From positions 1-64,000 of the forward strand of contig CAXRCZ010000007.1 of the NCBI GenBank assembly GCA_964229335.1: 64,000 nt of DNA, read 5' to 3'. This document shows, in pieces, positions 48,817-60,288 of this stretch (position 1 is its first letter; each line of letters begins with the position of its first letter). The stretch is from Minisyncoccia bacterium. GTDB taxonomy: Bacteria > Patescibacteriota > Minisyncoccia > Phycocordibacterales > UBA918. Below the pieces are notes generated by a model that made no database searches, had not been told where the DNA came from, and saw only the letters and a program-made list of their open reading frames with translations. A program made the position numbers and the translations under genes.

Positions 48817-51330
48817 CTACTGAGCACCTGCTTCACCCGAACTTGCGTTAGTGTTGATAGGAGAAATAACGTTTGATTCTGGAACCTCATCAGTCACCAC
48901 CCCATCAGCAGTCGCAGCGCTGTCATTTTCATTAATGGGAGATTCTAATCCTTGGGTTGCAGCCGGTAGAGTACCGGTAGTCTCTAGTTGAACTATAAGA
49001 GCAGCTAGTTCTTCGTTTTCTTCATTCGTAGACTGGACGATTCTTAGCTCTTCGAGTGCTGCTTCAACTTGTTCTGCTGCCACATATGCCATCGCTAACA
49101 TATAGCGAGCATTCGCAAAGCTGTTGTCACGAAGTAGGGCTTCTTGATACGCGGCAATAGCTTGATCATATTGTTCGTTAGCTGCCAAGAGAATTCCTAA
49201 TTGGTAGTAACGAGTCGGATTGTTTGGTTCAAGTGTTACTACTTGGGTAGTGGCAGCAATAGCAGATTCAATATTACCTTCTTCAATATCTAACTGTGCG
49301 AGCAAGAACAGTGCATCGACATAATTTCTCTTTAGAGTCAGCGCATTGGCGATTTCTTCACGAGCCAACTCAGTATTGCCGGCTCGAGATGCAACCACCG
49401 CAGAGGCTAGATCGTACCCTGGATCTTTTGGATCTCGCTCTTGTGCTGACGCCAAAGCAGCATCGGCGCGTTCTTTGGCGCCTTCTAGGCCAGCCTGATC
49501 AAGAAGATAGTACACATCAGCCAACAATGCGTAGCCAGTAGGGTCAGTCGGATCGTTGGTGATTATTTGTTCGGCCAAGACAATTGCTTCTTGTGCAGTT
49601 TCTGCAAAGTTGTTTTGATCAGCCTCGGTTGGTTCTTCAATAGCCGTCAGGCTTTGCATCACTGATAGCTTTAGCTGTGCCAGACCAGCTAAAAATTGAT
49701 TGTCATTGAATAGCATATAGGCACGTTCCACACTGCCTTCGAATTCTTCAACTGATTCTGAGACCACTTGGCCGCGAGTAAATTCGTATTGGGCTGCATA
49801 TTGTTGACCAACAAAGAACAATAGTACGACTGAACCAACCACCAAAATGACAGTAATTGCCATCAATAAGAATCCTTGTCGCCGACTGCCTATAAGCGGA
49901 ATAGTTATTGCGGTAGCCGGCATGAGTGCCCCGTACGCAACGAAGGATAGTCCAGTAAACAAAGCGGTTAGCAATAAGATAGCTGCTCCTGGCACATATA
50001 CATACGTCACTCCCCACAGCAGCAGCGATGCCACAAAAGTGACTGTTCCGAAAAAATACCAGAACTGGTCACGAATTTGAGTTTTAATTAACATTTGATA
50101 CCCCATCAATAGATACGCTAGATGAAACGTAATAAAGGCTACGCCGCCTAGTGCACCAAGTGTGATAAAGTAGGTTGGAACGAAACCAAAGCCAGCTGTA
50201 AAGTCAACATTCCAGAAGTTTGTGTCATTGATACTACGATCCTTATGGAGACGCCACATATCAGCAAAGCGATTCGGACCGCTTCCTAATAGGAGGTTGT
50301 CTTGATAGGTAGCTCGCGCAATATCCGCTGTAGCAGAGAGCGAAGGGCGAACTTCAATGTAATCAATATTGGTGGCTTGGGATACCACACTGCCAGCATA
50401 ATTTCCTGCTATCACAAACACAGCACTAACTACACCAATAACTAGTGACAATATGATTAACAAAAGCGAACGAGTAGTAGTCGACGGAGTTTCGTCCTCA
50501 TGACCAAACAATGTGTCTCGTGACAATAGATAGATAAGTAGTAATAAAGAAAAGAAACCTACACCCAACCAAATATAGAAGAAGTTCACCACTGCGAGTA
50601 CCAGCAAGCTAGCCACACAAAGACACGCTAATAGACTTTTAGTCCACATTTTAAGTGGTAGTTGCAACAGAGCAACTAGAGACAAAATAATGGTCACACC
50701 AGCAAACACCGCCAAGTCATTTAGTCCTCCAAGCGGTGAGACAGTGACGTCACCAAAGCTATTAAGTGGCAAGACTGGCCCGGCAAAAAACCGAACGAGA
50801 TTGTAAATTATCAACACTCCTGCGCCAATTAGTAGCGCCAATAAAGCTTGTAGGCTCATTATTTTTGAGCGTTGCAATACCAAAGTTGTCGTAATAACTA
50901 ACGCTAACAATAGCAAGAAGCCAGTGGTATGGATTTCGAAATATGACCCAACTAAAGAATCTTGTATGTCACCGGACAAAAGAGCACTCACGAGCGCAAT
51001 ACCCGCAATTCCCCAAAAAATAAAGTACGGTAATGGCAATACCGGTCTCACTTGTGAGTAACGTAAAGCAGACAAACTAGCAATAACAACAATAGTTAGT
51101 GACAGACCAGTTGCTAGAATTACTTTGTCAAAACCAAGCGACGCATACAGCCCTGGCACAAAAAACAATGGCAATAAGAAAGCCAGTGCCACCACTAGAT
51201 ACTGAGTGATTCTATGTAACGTTTTTCCCAACTTATCGTCCTTTTTCGGTTCACTTTGAACTGGTTTCTCTGGTTCTTTCGGTGCTTCGCTTTGAAACGA
51301 ACGCGGGATAAAAACATTTTGGTTTGCCAT
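48817..51330 (-). CDS. Multi-pass membrane protein with C-terminal TPR repeats (O-antigen-ligase-like N-region)
   Basis: Many TM helices, LLGSGPNRF loop, TPR repeats (EPNNPTRYYQLG). Confidence 0.75.
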   Translation of the reverse strand: MANQNVFIPRSFQSEAPKEPEKPVQSEPKKDDKLGKTLHRITQYLVVALAFLLPLFFVPGLYASLGFDKVILATGLSLTIVVIASLSALRYSQVRPVLPLPYFIFWGIAGIALVSALLSGDIQDSLVGSYFEIHTTGFLLLLALVITTTLVLQRSKIMSLQALLALLIGAGVLIIYNLVRFFAGPVLPLNSFGDVTVSPLGGLNDLAVFAGVTIILSLVALLQLPLKMWTKSLLACLCVASLLVLAVVNFFYIWLGVGFFSLLLLIYLLSRDTLFGHEDETPSTTTRSLLLIILSLVIGVVSAVFVIAGNYAGSVVSQATNIDYIEVRPSLSATADIARATYQDNLLLGSGPNRFADMWRLHKDRSINDTNFWNVDFTAGFGFVPTYFITLGALGGVAFITFHLAYLLMGYQMLIKTQIRDQFWYFFGTVTFVASLLLWGVTYVYVPGAAILLLTALFTGLSFVAYGALMPATAITIPLIGSRRQGFLLMAITVILVVGSVVLLFFVGQQYAAQYEFTRGQVVSESVEEFEGSVERAYMLFNDNQFLAGLAQLKLSVMQSLTAIEEPTEADQNNFAETAQEAIVLAEQIITNDPTDPTGYALLADVYYLLDQAGLEGAKERADAALASAQERDPKDPGYDLASAVVASRAGNTELAREEIANALTLKRNYVDALFLLAQLDIEEGNIESAIAATTQVVTLEPNNPTRYYQLGILLAANEQYDQAIAAYQEALLRDNSFANARYMLAMAYVAAEQVEAALEELRIVQSTNEENEELAALIVQLETTGTLPAATQGLESPINENDSAATADGVVTDEVPESNVISPINTNASSGEAGAQ

Positions 51331-51414
51331 ATAAAAATTATTTAAAACACTATTGTTGCCTCCTATAGACTCAGTCTATCATATAGTAAAAGCAGCTCTT
51401 GCGAGCTGCTTTTT

Positions 51415-51810
51415 TGCACATAAGCCGAATTCTGTCGTAGCCTCACTTTTTGTACGTATTTAGTGTCTAAACACACACAAAAAGTGAGGCTAGGATGGTC
51501 ATATATCTTGAATATCAATTACTCGATATTTCATGCGGCTCTCTTTTGCCATGAGACAAAAGCACGGCCTTGCACGCAGGTAAGGATTTAGCCGTTTCAC
51601 CTCTATAATTTCTTATAGAGCTATTCCCGAAGGAACTCACTTTCTTTCGATTGTGACGTCTCTGCTCGCACCTCTTTTAGTCAAAGACTAAATGACGGGT
51701 GTTACCCGCTACCCGGCTACTAGATAATCTAGTGCGTGTTCGGACTTTCCTCCCAAACTATCCAATTGTGGTTCACAATTTACTAGCTTAGGCGACCATC
51801 GTGCCTGCAT
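51415..51810 (-). ncRNA. rnpB: RNase P RNA
   Basis: Minus strand contains GGGAGGAAAGTCCG and ACAGAATTCGGCTTA conserved P4 signatures; tgca...tgca closing stem. Confidence 0.93.
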
Positions 51811-51885
51811 AGTATGCAACGTTTTATACTATTATGCAAGTTTTTAGCAAAAACATACCCTTCGGCACAATATGGGATAACATCA

Positions 51886-52443
51886 TCATTCCAAGACAAT
51901 AGTTACTTGGTCAGTCTTTGTAATATTATTACTTGCCACAAACCCTGCATTCGCTTCAATTACATACCAAGCTGGTGTTGGCGAAGAAAAAGATTCTGGA
52001 AAGGTCTCTGGTGAAATATTTTCTTCTATATGGGTAATGCTCCCTTCTTTGTCTACCCATATGATATCAAGTGGGTATTGCATGTCTTTCATCCATATCG
52101 AATGGCTGCCAGCAGCACCAAAAGCAAATAATTTTACCAAGCCCTCAGGTAAATATGGTGTATCAGAGAGGCCTTTTATTCGTTCTGGTAACGAATCGGC
52201 TACGGATGCTGCAACGGTAGTTGGCCCGATAACTATTGGAACTGTAGTAGGATAGTAAACCCGCCAGTTAGATTGATCGGTAGTGTCCGTTTCTTCTGAC
52301 GGCAGTGGTTGTTCATACTCACCTCGAGCAACAGCATCGCGTACTGCAGCGCTCTCCTTTGTGACTGCGTAATACAGCGCTCCTCCCCCACCCAAAATAG
52401 CTAGGAGCAAAGCTACCATTACCACTCTCTCGGCAATCTTCAT
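51886..52443 (-). CDS. DUF192 family protein
   Basis: KGLS, IWMKDMQYPLDIIW, YVIEANAG. Confidence 0.88.
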   Translation of the reverse strand: MKIAERVVMVALLLAILGGGGALYYAVTKESAAVRDAVARGEYEQPLPSEETDTTDQSNWRVYYPTTVPIVIGPTTVAASVADSLPERIKGLSDTPYLPEGLVKLFAFGAAGSHSIWMKDMQYPLDIIWVDKEGSITHIEENISPETFPESFSSPTPAWYVIEANAGFVASNNITKTDQVTIVLE

Positions 52444-52466
52444 GTCACTAGTATACCACTATGTCC

Positions 52467-53720
52467 TTACAACAGAATTAACGTTGCTAGTCCAAACAAC
52501 AATAAGAGTCCGCACACATCAGTGATAGTGGTGATAAATATAGTCGATGTTGCAGCTGGGTCATACCCCAAATTCTTCATTAGTAGTGGCACAATTGCAC
52601 CGGCTACTGCTGCTATAGCATGAGCAATTATCAAAGCTAATCCTACTACTATTCCTAATAATGGTTCTCCGTTCCACAACCACGAAATAACGGCGACTAT
52701 AGCCCCGATAATCACACCATTAAATCCGCCAGCGATAAACTCTCTTACAATAGCTGGTCCAGCAGATTGCAATGACACCGTGCCAAGAGTTAAGCCTCGA
52801 ACCATAATGGCAAAAGACTGAGTTGCAGCATTACCGCCCATACCAGCCATAATTGGAATGTACACTGACAAAATGGTCAGGGTGTCGAGCGTATCTTGGA
52901 ACAGCAAAACTACTGCCCCGGCCCCAAAAGCAGTTAGTAAGTTGAGTATCAACCACCGATAGCGGTGTGAGACTTTTTTACCCACTGAATCAAACGGTCG
53001 CTCGCTATCATCAACTCCAGCGAAATCATAGAGTGCTTCAGCTGGTAATTCTCCAAATAGTGACTTCATCGTATCAGCGTATATGATGCCGATAATGCTG
53101 TTGTCGTGGTCTTGTACCACTACCTTTTTATTTTTAGTGGTGACCAAATGATCGACGATTTTGGCCGGTTCGGTTTGATAAGAAATAGTACTTATCGGAT
53201 GTACAAAATTTTTTAACTTAGCATTATTTCTTTCTCGCACTAACGTCGCAAACGTCACCTCCCCAATCAAATCGCCGTGCTCATGCACCAGTAGTTCCGG
53301 ATACTTTCCTGTTTCTTCGTAATGACTCTCAATTAAGTCAGCCGCTTGGGCCAGTGTTTTGTCACCAGACACAAACAAGTAATCGAAATTAATCAGGGAC
53401 AGCGTAGCTTGTGGATGAAACCGCAAAAAATATTCGGCTTTTTCTCTCACCTCTCCTTTTAATTTTCGTACAATACGAACCCTTCTTTTAACATTCTTCA
53501 GACGAGCCAGAGCTTGTTCGGCGTGACGTAAGTCAAGATTATCAAGTAATTCGACTATTTCGTGATCATGAAGATGTCGCAAGATAGACTGCTGCACATA
53601 CGGTGAGAGTAATTCAAATACCGCGCTGCGCTGAGACTGCGGTAGATTCTGCAGCATCTTTATCCGTTCCTGTGGGTGGTATGTAATAGCGTGAGCGATT
53701 GCTTGAAGGGACTCGGACAT
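52467..53720 (-). CDS. mgtE: Magnesium transporter MgtE
   Basis: RYRWLILNL, MGGNAATQ, DPAA, TTITDV. Confidence 0.9.
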   Translation of the reverse strand: MSESLQAIAHAITYHPQERIKMLQNLPQSQRSAVFELLSPYVQQSILRHLHDHEIVELLDNLDLRHAEQALARLKNVKRRVRIVRKLKGEVREKAEYFLRFHPQATLSLINFDYLFVSGDKTLAQAADLIESHYEETGKYPELLVHEHGDLIGEVTFATLVRERNNAKLKNFVHPISTISYQTEPAKIVDHLVTTKNKKVVVQDHDNSIIGIIYADTMKSLFGELPAEALYDFAGVDDSERPFDSVGKKVSHRYRWLILNLLTAFGAGAVVLLFQDTLDTLTILSVYIPIMAGMGGNAATQSFAIMVRGLTLGTVSLQSAGPAIVREFIAGGFNGVIIGAIVAVISWLWNGEPLLGIVVGLALIIAHAIAAVAGAIVPLLMKNLGYDPAATSTIFITTITDVCGLLLLFGLATLILL

Positions 53721-53788
53721 TACCAATAAGTATACCAAGTCCTTATTGGAGTATATGAAGAAAACGCGCTAGACGTGTGCAAAGCAAT

Positions 53789-54580
53789 CTATTCAATTAT
53801 TTCGATAGTGGCTGAGGCGCGTAATTCAGTGATGAGTTCGTTTATGATTTCTTGTTGTTTGGTATTTTGAACTTCTAGTTCAACTTGGTCCCGCACTTCC
53901 TGAAGTGGAGGTAGGCCAGCTTCTTCTCCACCAGCGGCTGTGTAGTACTCATTTATTTCTTCTTCAGTTACTGTGATTTCTCTTTCAGCAAAGACTGCGT
54001 CGAGTACTTTTTGGATAGCGAGCTCACTGCGAATATCTGACTCCAAGGTCTCCATACTCACTCCGAACTCTTCCATTCTTTCAGCCAAAACTTCTTCGCC
54101 ACCAACCTGTTGTACTAGTGCGTCTAAGCGTGCTTGCACCTCTTCATCTGTAACTGTCACTCCTCGACGTTCAGCTTCTTGTCGAAGCAACTCTGTGTTA
54201 ATCAAGACTTCAAGCGCTTGATCGCGAAGACCTTGTTGCACTTGAGGATCATTTTGATCAATTCCCTGTGAAGCAGCTCCGGCAGACAACTGTTCGATAC
54301 TAGTGTCTAACTCATATTGAGAAATACTTTGTCCATTAACCAATGCGACAGTGACTTGCTGTGACTGCATGGTCAAAATTGAATCAAATAGGCCGGTGTC
54401 GGTTTTACCTTGCTTTTCCATCACATACAACAACCCCAACGCTAGGATAATTAGTACAATCGCCGCTATAGCATAATACATCCAAGCCGGTTTTTTGGTA
54501 CCGGACTCAACTGGAGTAGCTACTGGTTCAGTAGCTGTGGTAGTGGTTTCTTTTTGGTCTGAATTATCAGAAGGATTCAT
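53789..54580 (-). CDS. SurA N-terminal domain (PrsA-like) chaperone
   Basis: TM, VALVNGQSI, LINTELLRQEA, VTDEEV. Confidence 0.8.
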   Translation of the reverse strand: MNPSDNSDQKETTTTATEPVATPVESGTKKPAWMYYAIAAIVLIILALGLLYVMEKQGKTDTGLFDSILTMQSQQVTVALVNGQSISQYELDTSIEQLSAGAASQGIDQNDPQVQQGLRDQALEVLINTELLRQEAERRGVTVTDEEVQARLDALVQQVGGEEVLAERMEEFGVSMETLESDIRSELAIQKVLDAVFAEREITVTEEEINEYYTAAGGEEAGLPPLQEVRDQVELEVQNTKQQEIINELITELRASATIEIIE

Positions 54581-54648
54581 AGTAATAGGTAAATTATTGG
54601 TTAGTTACCTGCTAATTCTACACTACATGAGTAGCGAGACAAAATAAG

Positions 54649-55137
54649 TTATTTCAAATAGCTATCAAAATAAATGGCGTGGCAGGTATAGCCACCTGGA
54701 TTTTTTATCAAATAGTCTTGGTGATAGTCCTCAGCTGGATAAAATGCCGTGAAGGGCTCAAGGCTAGTAACAACTGGATCGGACCAGCGTTCAGACTGGT
54801 TTACAATAGCAATCATTTCTTGAGCTATAGCCTTTTCTTCTTGGTTTTGGTAAAAAATGGCTGAACGGTAAGAAGTACCTTTATCATTACCTTGCTGATT
54901 TAATGTGGTGGGATTATGAATTTGAAAGAAAAAATCTAACAACTCCTTGTAAGAGAGTTCTTCAGGATTATATGTAATCTCTACTGCCTCAGCGTGGCCG
55001 GGGTGATTTTGGTAGGTCGGATTGGTATTTGTTCCGCCTGTATAGCCAACTTCAGTATCAACCACTCCTTTTTGGGTGTGGATGAGGTCTTCGAGTCCCC
55101 AGAAGCATCCTCCCGCCACTACAGCTTTTTTTATCAT
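54649..55137 (-). CDS. msrA: Peptide methionine sulfoxide reductase A
   Basis: [26 protein letters not shown]. Confidence 0.96.
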   Translation of the reverse strand: MIKKAVVAGGCFWGLEDLIHTQKGVVDTEVGYTGGTNTNPTYQNHPGHAEAVEITYNPEELSYKELLDFFFQIHNPTTLNQQGNDKGTSYRSAIFYQNQEEKAIAQEMIAIVNQSERWSDPVVTSLEPFTAFYPAEDYHQDYLIKNPGGYTCHAIYFDSYLK

Positions 55138-55309
55138 ATATAGAAATATAGCATCTCTTACTCCTTACAGGAGCCGTATACCTTGTCGCTACTTTACTTC
55201 ATGCTTTGCAAAGTAGCTGGCAAGGTCTTACGAAAGCGTCCTCCAGCTAGTACGGCTTTCTTATACATAAGAATGACTACTTTCGCATAGCAAACACCGG
55301 AACAAAAAG

Positions 55310-55507
55310 CTACTCATCAAATTCCCTAATTTCGTTGAGGTCGAGAATGCCTTCACGATGCAACTGTTCCTGTATCTGACCAGCTTTCAGATATCCATGA
55401 CGAGTGACCCGCATGATATCTTCGATAGTACCTTCCTTGCCACTATTGACGAGATACCATTTCACACGAGCGTATTCGTTTTCACTGTAGAGAAGCTGTT
55501 GTCTCAT
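55310..55507 (-). CDS. Small protein resembling FtsK gamma winged helix
   Basis: IMRVTRHGYLKAGQIQEQLHREGIL similar to the gamma-domain LQRxxxIGYxRAxxIxxxLExxG pattern. Confidence 0.5.
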   Translation of the reverse strand: MRQQLLYSENEYARVKWYLVNSGKEGTIEDIMRVTRHGYLKAGQIQEQLHREGILDLNEIREFDE

Positions 55508-55721
55508 ACTATTTCATCATACCCTACCTACCGTTCAGCAGCTGTCAGCTTTTGCAGCAAACTGTGATTAGCTGATATTTACATATTATTTAAATGTGTT
55601 AGAGTACAGACGCTTTTGAAATCTGTGTAGGGCTCTCAAGCTGCAGATACTGTTTAGTTTCTCCATTTATTACCTGCACCGCCCTTACACCTTTGGTGTA
55701 TAAATCACCATACTCACTAAT

Positions 55722-56969
55722 ATGACAAACACTCGACCCCGTCGAAGTGGCGGTAGCCAATTTCGACGTCGTAAAAATAATGCTAGCCAAAACAATCGAA
55801 GACGTTACTCGAGCTCTTCTTCTCGTACTCGGACCCGAACCTCAAAACGCCGTCAAATGCCGTCTTTTGACCCGACTCAGTTTATCAACCGCAATCCTGT
55901 AGAGGTAGCAGAGGAAGTATACGTACCAAAATCACAATTTTCTGCCCTACCCCTTACCGCAACTCTGAAAAAAGCCATCAAAACAATGGGATTAATTGAT
56001 CCAACCCCTATTCAAGACCAAGTAATACCAGAAATCTTGCAAGGAAAGGACGTGGTGGGTCTAGCCGAAACTGGTACTGGAAAAACAGCTGCGTTTCTGA
56101 TTCCTATGATTGAACGCAAGCTATCAGACAATCAAAAAACTACTCTCATTCTCACTCCGACTCGAGAATTAGCAATCCAAATTGAAAATGAGCTTAGATT
56201 ACTCAGCAAAGGTTTCCCGATGTACTCAACAGTATGCGTCGGTGGTACCAGTATTGCGCCGCAAATCCGTGGTCTTAAGCGAAAAAATCAATTCATTATT
56301 GGTACGCCAGGCAGAGTCAAAGATTTAATAGATCGTCGGTTGATGCCGCTAAAGACTATTGATTCAGTAATACTTGATGAAGCTGATCGTATGTTGGATA
56401 TGGGATTTATTCATGATATGCGCTATATCTTGGATTTACTTCCACCCAAACGACAGACTCTTTTCTTCTCCGCCACTATGGATGATAAGACCGCTGGTCT
56501 GATAAAGGATTTTATGGACAATCCTGTGACTGTCTCGGTAAAGAAAAAGGCCGTGACTGACAGCATCGAACAAGATGTTGTGTCGTATATCGGTGATCAA
56601 AAGTTTGATACTTTGCTTGAGCTTTTGAAAAAAGACGAGCTGCGCAGAGTAATTATCTTTGGCGCAATGAAACACCAAGTGGAAAGAATCGGCTCCCAGA
56701 TTAACCAAAACGGAATCACTGCCGAATCAATCCACGGTAACAAAAGTCATAGTCAGAGACAGCGTGCTCTCAAGCGCTTTAAGAGTGGTCAAGCCAAAGT
56801 ACTAGTAGCTACCGATGTAGCTGCTCGTGGAATCCATGTCGACAGTGTTAGTCACGTCATCAACTACGACCTACCTAATACTTTCGAGGACTACGTACAC
56901 CGTATTGGACGAACTGGTCGAGGTAAAGAGCGCGGAAAGGCTCTAACGTTTATTCCGGCCACTAACTAG
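55722..56969 (+). CDS. DEAD-box RNA helicase
   Basis: PTPIQ, AETGTGKT, PTRELA, DEAD, SAT, YVHRIGRTGR. Confidence 0.95.
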   Translation: MTNTRPRRSGGSQFRRRKNNASQNNRRRYSSSSSRTRTRTSKRRQMPSFDPTQFINRNPVEVAEEVYVPKSQFSALPLTATLKKAIKTMGLIDPTPIQDQVIPEILQGKDVVGLAETGTGKTAAFLIPMIERKLSDNQKTTLILTPTRELAIQIENELRLLSKGFPMYSTVCVGGTSIAPQIRGLKRKNQFIIGTPGRVKDLIDRRLMPLKTIDSVILDEADRMLDMGFIHDMRYILDLLPPKRQTLFFSATMDDKTAGLIKDFMDNPVTVSVKKKAVTDSIEQDVVSYIGDQKFDTLLELLKKDELRRVIIFGAMKHQVERIGSQINQNGITAESIHGNKSHSQRQRALKRFKSGQAKVLVATDVAARGIHVDSVSHVINYDLPNTFEDYVHRIGRTGRGKERGKALTFIPATN

Positions 56970-58756
56970 CGGCGCAGGCGTGATCGTTCGTTTTCTTTGA
57001 GTAGTTGCTTACGCAAGCGAATACTTTCTGGACAGACTTCTAGATACTCATCTTCCTGCATAATTTCCAAACCTGTCTCAATCTTCAGTGGTCGGTGCGG
57101 AGTAAGTGAAACGTTGTCGTCACTACCTGAGGCACGCATGTTGGTGAGCTGTTTGCCTTTAGTCGGGTTTACCGCCATTTCTTCACCTTTGTTGGTGTTG
57201 CCGATAACCATCCCTTCATACACTTCGGTACCCGCGCCAATATAGAGCTCGCCACGGTCCTGCAAACCAGCCAATGCAAAGCCGAGAGCTTTTCCTGTAG
57301 TCATCGATGTCATTGAGCCAACTTGGCGTTTTTTGATTTCTCCGGCATGTGGACGGAATTCAATGAACCGTGAAGATAGAATTCCCTCTCCTTTCGTATC
57401 AATAATAAATTGGTTTTTATATCCCAATAGACCGCGGGTAGGACCTTCGAATATAAGTCGAACTTGGTTCTCATGCGGAACCATGTTTTGCATAATAAAA
57501 CCACGATTGCTAAGACGTTCAATCACTGATCCTTGGTATTCGCTCGGGATATCAATAATCGCTTCTTCAAATGGCTCAAGAGTCTGACCATTCTCTTCCC
57601 GGAAAATAACTTTTGGTTGAGAAACTGACAGTTCATATCCCTCACGCCGCATATTTTCAAGCAAAATTGCAATGTGCATTTCACCCCGACCTTTTACGAC
57701 ATACGCGTCACCTGTTGCCTGCTCTACTTGCAAACCAACATTGATTTCTAACTCCTTTTCTAACCGCTCACCAATCTGTCGACTAGTAACATACTTACCT
57801 TCTCTTCCAGCAAAAGGCGAAGAGTTGACTAAGAAGGTCATACTTACGGTTGGTTCATCAACCTCAATTGCTGGTAGTGGTTCTGCTTCATCAGTATCGG
57901 TAATAGTGTCACCGATATTTATTTTTTCGAGCCCCGCTATCAAAACGATATCGCCAGCAAACGCTTCTTCAACCTCTACTTGTTGCACTCCTTTGTAGCC
58001 AGATAGTTTGACGATTTTTCCTTTGTAGGACTCCTCGCCTTTATGCTTTACAATCACTGATTGACCTTTACTCACCTTACCCTCGTAAATTCTCGCTACC
58101 GCTAGTCGTCCTAAAAAGTTATCGTACCCGAGGTTGAATACTTGAGCTCGGAGTGGGTCGTTTTCGGTATATCCTTTGGCGGCTGGAACATGTTCGAGAA
58201 TTGTATCGAGTACTGGAGAGAGGTCTGTCATTTCGTCAGTCAGATTTCGCTTAGCCACCTTGTCTCTACCGACAGCGTACACTACTGGGAATTCGCTTTG
58301 TTCATCGCTGGCGCCAAGCTCCCAGAAGAGTTCTAGTACCTGCTCTTCGCACTGATCAGGATTGGCTGCTGGCTTATCAATCTTGTTGATAATCACAATC
58401 GGTTTGTGTCCGAGTTCAAGAGATTTTTTTAATACAAATCTAGTTTGCGGCATTGGCCCTTCCTGCGCGTCTACCACCAGCAAAACGCAGTCAATACTAC
58501 GCAAAATACGCTCAACCTCAGACCCAAAGTCCGCGTGGCCGGGTGTATCAATAATGTTGATTTTTGTATCTTTATAGTCAACAGAAGTGTTTTTGGCATA
58601 GATGGTAATACCTCGTTCTTGCTCTAACGCGTTGTTGTCCATCGACGCATCCCCTTCTCTGGCACCAGTAAACTCCATCAAACCATCGGTAAGTGTAGTT
58701 TTACCGTGGTCTACGTGAGCGATAATAGCGATATTGCGAATTTCTGATTGTTGCAT
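56966..58756 (-). CDS. typA: Translational GTPase TypA/BipA
   Basis: [44 protein letters not shown]. Confidence 0.97.
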   Translation of the reverse strand: MQQSEIRNIAIIAHVDHGKTTLTDGLMEFTGAREGDASMDNNALEQERGITIYAKNTSVDYKDTKINIIDTPGHADFGSEVERILRSIDCVLLVVDAQEGPMPQTRFVLKKSLELGHKPIVIINKIDKPAANPDQCEEQVLELFWELGASDEQSEFPVVYAVGRDKVAKRNLTDEMTDLSPVLDTILEHVPAAKGYTENDPLRAQVFNLGYDNFLGRLAVARIYEGKVSKGQSVIVKHKGEESYKGKIVKLSGYKGVQQVEVEEAFAGDIVLIAGLEKINIGDTITDTDEAEPLPAIEVDEPTVSMTFLVNSSPFAGREGKYVTSRQIGERLEKELEINVGLQVEQATGDAYVVKGRGEMHIAILLENMRREGYELSVSQPKVIFREENGQTLEPFEEAIIDIPSEYQGSVIERLSNRGFIMQNMVPHENQVRLIFEGPTRGLLGYKNQFIIDTKGEGILSSRFIEFRPHAGEIKKRQVGSMTSMTTGKALGFALAGLQDRGELYIGAGTEVYEGMVIGNTNKGEEMAVNPTKGKQLTNMRASGSDDNVSLTPHRPLKIETGLEIMQEDEYLEVCPESIRLRKQLLKENERSRLRR

Positions 58757-58831
58757 AAGTAAAAAATAAATACGCCTGGTAGGCGTGGTTGATGTCTGAA
58801 GAGTACGCGTAAAAGTCTATTTGGTCAATTA

Positions 58832-59098
58832 CTAAGACTTGTCTTTGGCACGTGTTTTACCAAGTTGACTAAGAGCATACACCACTAGCGTCCACACAAT
58901 AACCGAGAGAATCATCGCCACCAACCACAGCAGTGGTGACCACATACCAAATGGAATCCCGGTCAAGAAACTCATCAGCACCAGCGGCCAGGCTAAAATT
59001 GTTCCGAATGTCGTAGAGATTTGTAATCCAATAAATATTCCGGCAACTGGAGTGAGTAAGCCAAGCAAGATTCCAGCAATATAATGACTTTTTTTCAT
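58832..59098 (-). CDS. Hypothetical membrane protein
   Basis: 88 aa hydrophobic; TATTAT 7 nt upstream. Confidence 0.65.
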   Translation of the reverse strand: MKKSHYIAGILLGLLTPVAGIFIGLQISTTFGTILAWPLVLMSFLTGIPFGMWSPLLWLVAMILSVIVWTLVVYALSQLGKTRAKDKS

Positions 59099-59131
59099 AC
59101 TACCTATAATACCTATTATAGTACAATATAT

Positions 59132-60262
59132 CTAATCGACTATCACCTCAACAGCGTCTGGAAACGAGTTGTAGCCCTTGGCTCGCATACTTGCGCCATA
59201 CGCACCAACATCATAAATACGTATCTCGTCGCCAATCTCTGCTTTATTTAACATTCTCGGTTCGATTTCTTCTGGGTCACCGGGAGTAGGGGTGAAAATA
59301 TCACCCGACTCGCAGTTGTGTCCTACCACAATGTATTCTTTAGTTTCATCATCATTATTTATCACCTCGATTTTATGTTGAGCGCCGTACATAGCTGTAC
59401 GCAAAAAATCATTCATACCAGTATTGATTCGCAGAAAAGTGAAGCCGTCGGCTCCAGTATCGACAATATCGTCGACAGTTGCTACCAAGGTGCCGGCATG
59501 CGCAATCAGGTACGTACCAGGTTCAATTTCAAGCCGTAACTCTCTGCCAGTTTCAGCTGCAAAGTTCTCTAACTTGCTAGAAAAGAGCTCCATTATTACC
59601 GACATATCAGCCTCTTTCTCAGTATCATATCGATGCACTTTGAAACCACCTCCGATATCGAGCGCGATGACATCGGGTAATTGCGTGGCAATCGAAAGCG
59701 ACCGATCCATCACCTCTCCCCACACTTTGGGATCTGAACCTGACCCAACATGGATATGTAGGCGATCAATGATCACATCATTTTCTTTGGCTAGTGCTAG
59801 AGCTTCGGGAATATATTCGTACCAAAGTCCAAACGCTGAGGTTGCTCCCCCGGTACTGGTGCGCTTGTTATGCCCCACCCCCATATCAATATTAATCCGT
59901 ATCCCAACAGTATCAGGATGATTGGCGGCGGCAATAAAATCTCTCAGTTGTCGCATCGAGGTGGCCACATAGAGCACTCCTTGCTCAAGTAATTCAGCAA
60001 GATTAGGAGTTGACTGCTGTGAAGATAGCGAAATCTTATTACCCTCGATACCCATTTCTAATAACTCATCTGCTTCATAACTTGAACTGGCATCAAACTC
60101 AACACCTGCAGTATCAATGAGTTTTATTATTTCTGGATGTGGATTGGCTTTAACGGCGTAGCGAGTCGTCAAGCCAAATGGAGCTTCTAGACTAGTTAGT
60201 TCTTGTAGTCGTCGCTGTATTATTAATCGACTGTATTCGTAACGCGGAAGTGCTGTAGACAT
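59132..60262 (-). CDS. lysA: Diaminopimelate decarboxylase (fold III PLP)
   Basis: YAVKAN, HIHVGSG, DIGGG, IEPG, CESGD, GAYG. Confidence 0.85.
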   Translation of the reverse strand: MSTALPRYEYSRLIIQRRLQELTSLEAPFGLTTRYAVKANPHPEIIKLIDTAGVEFDASSSYEADELLEMGIEGNKISLSSQQSTPNLAELLEQGVLYVATSMRQLRDFIAAANHPDTVGIRINIDMGVGHNKRTSTGGATSAFGLWYEYIPEALALAKENDVIIDRLHIHVGSGSDPKVWGEVMDRSLSIATQLPDVIALDIGGGFKVHRYDTEKEADMSVIMELFSSKLENFAAETGRELRLEIEPGTYLIAHAGTLVATVDDIVDTGADGFTFLRINTGMNDFLRTAMYGAQHKIEVINNDDETKEYIVVGHNCESGDIFTPTPGDPEEIEPRMLNKAEIGDEIRIYDVGAYGASMRAKGYNSFPDAVEVIVD

Positions 60263-60288
60263 TACTCGTAAATTATCAAACTTAAATA

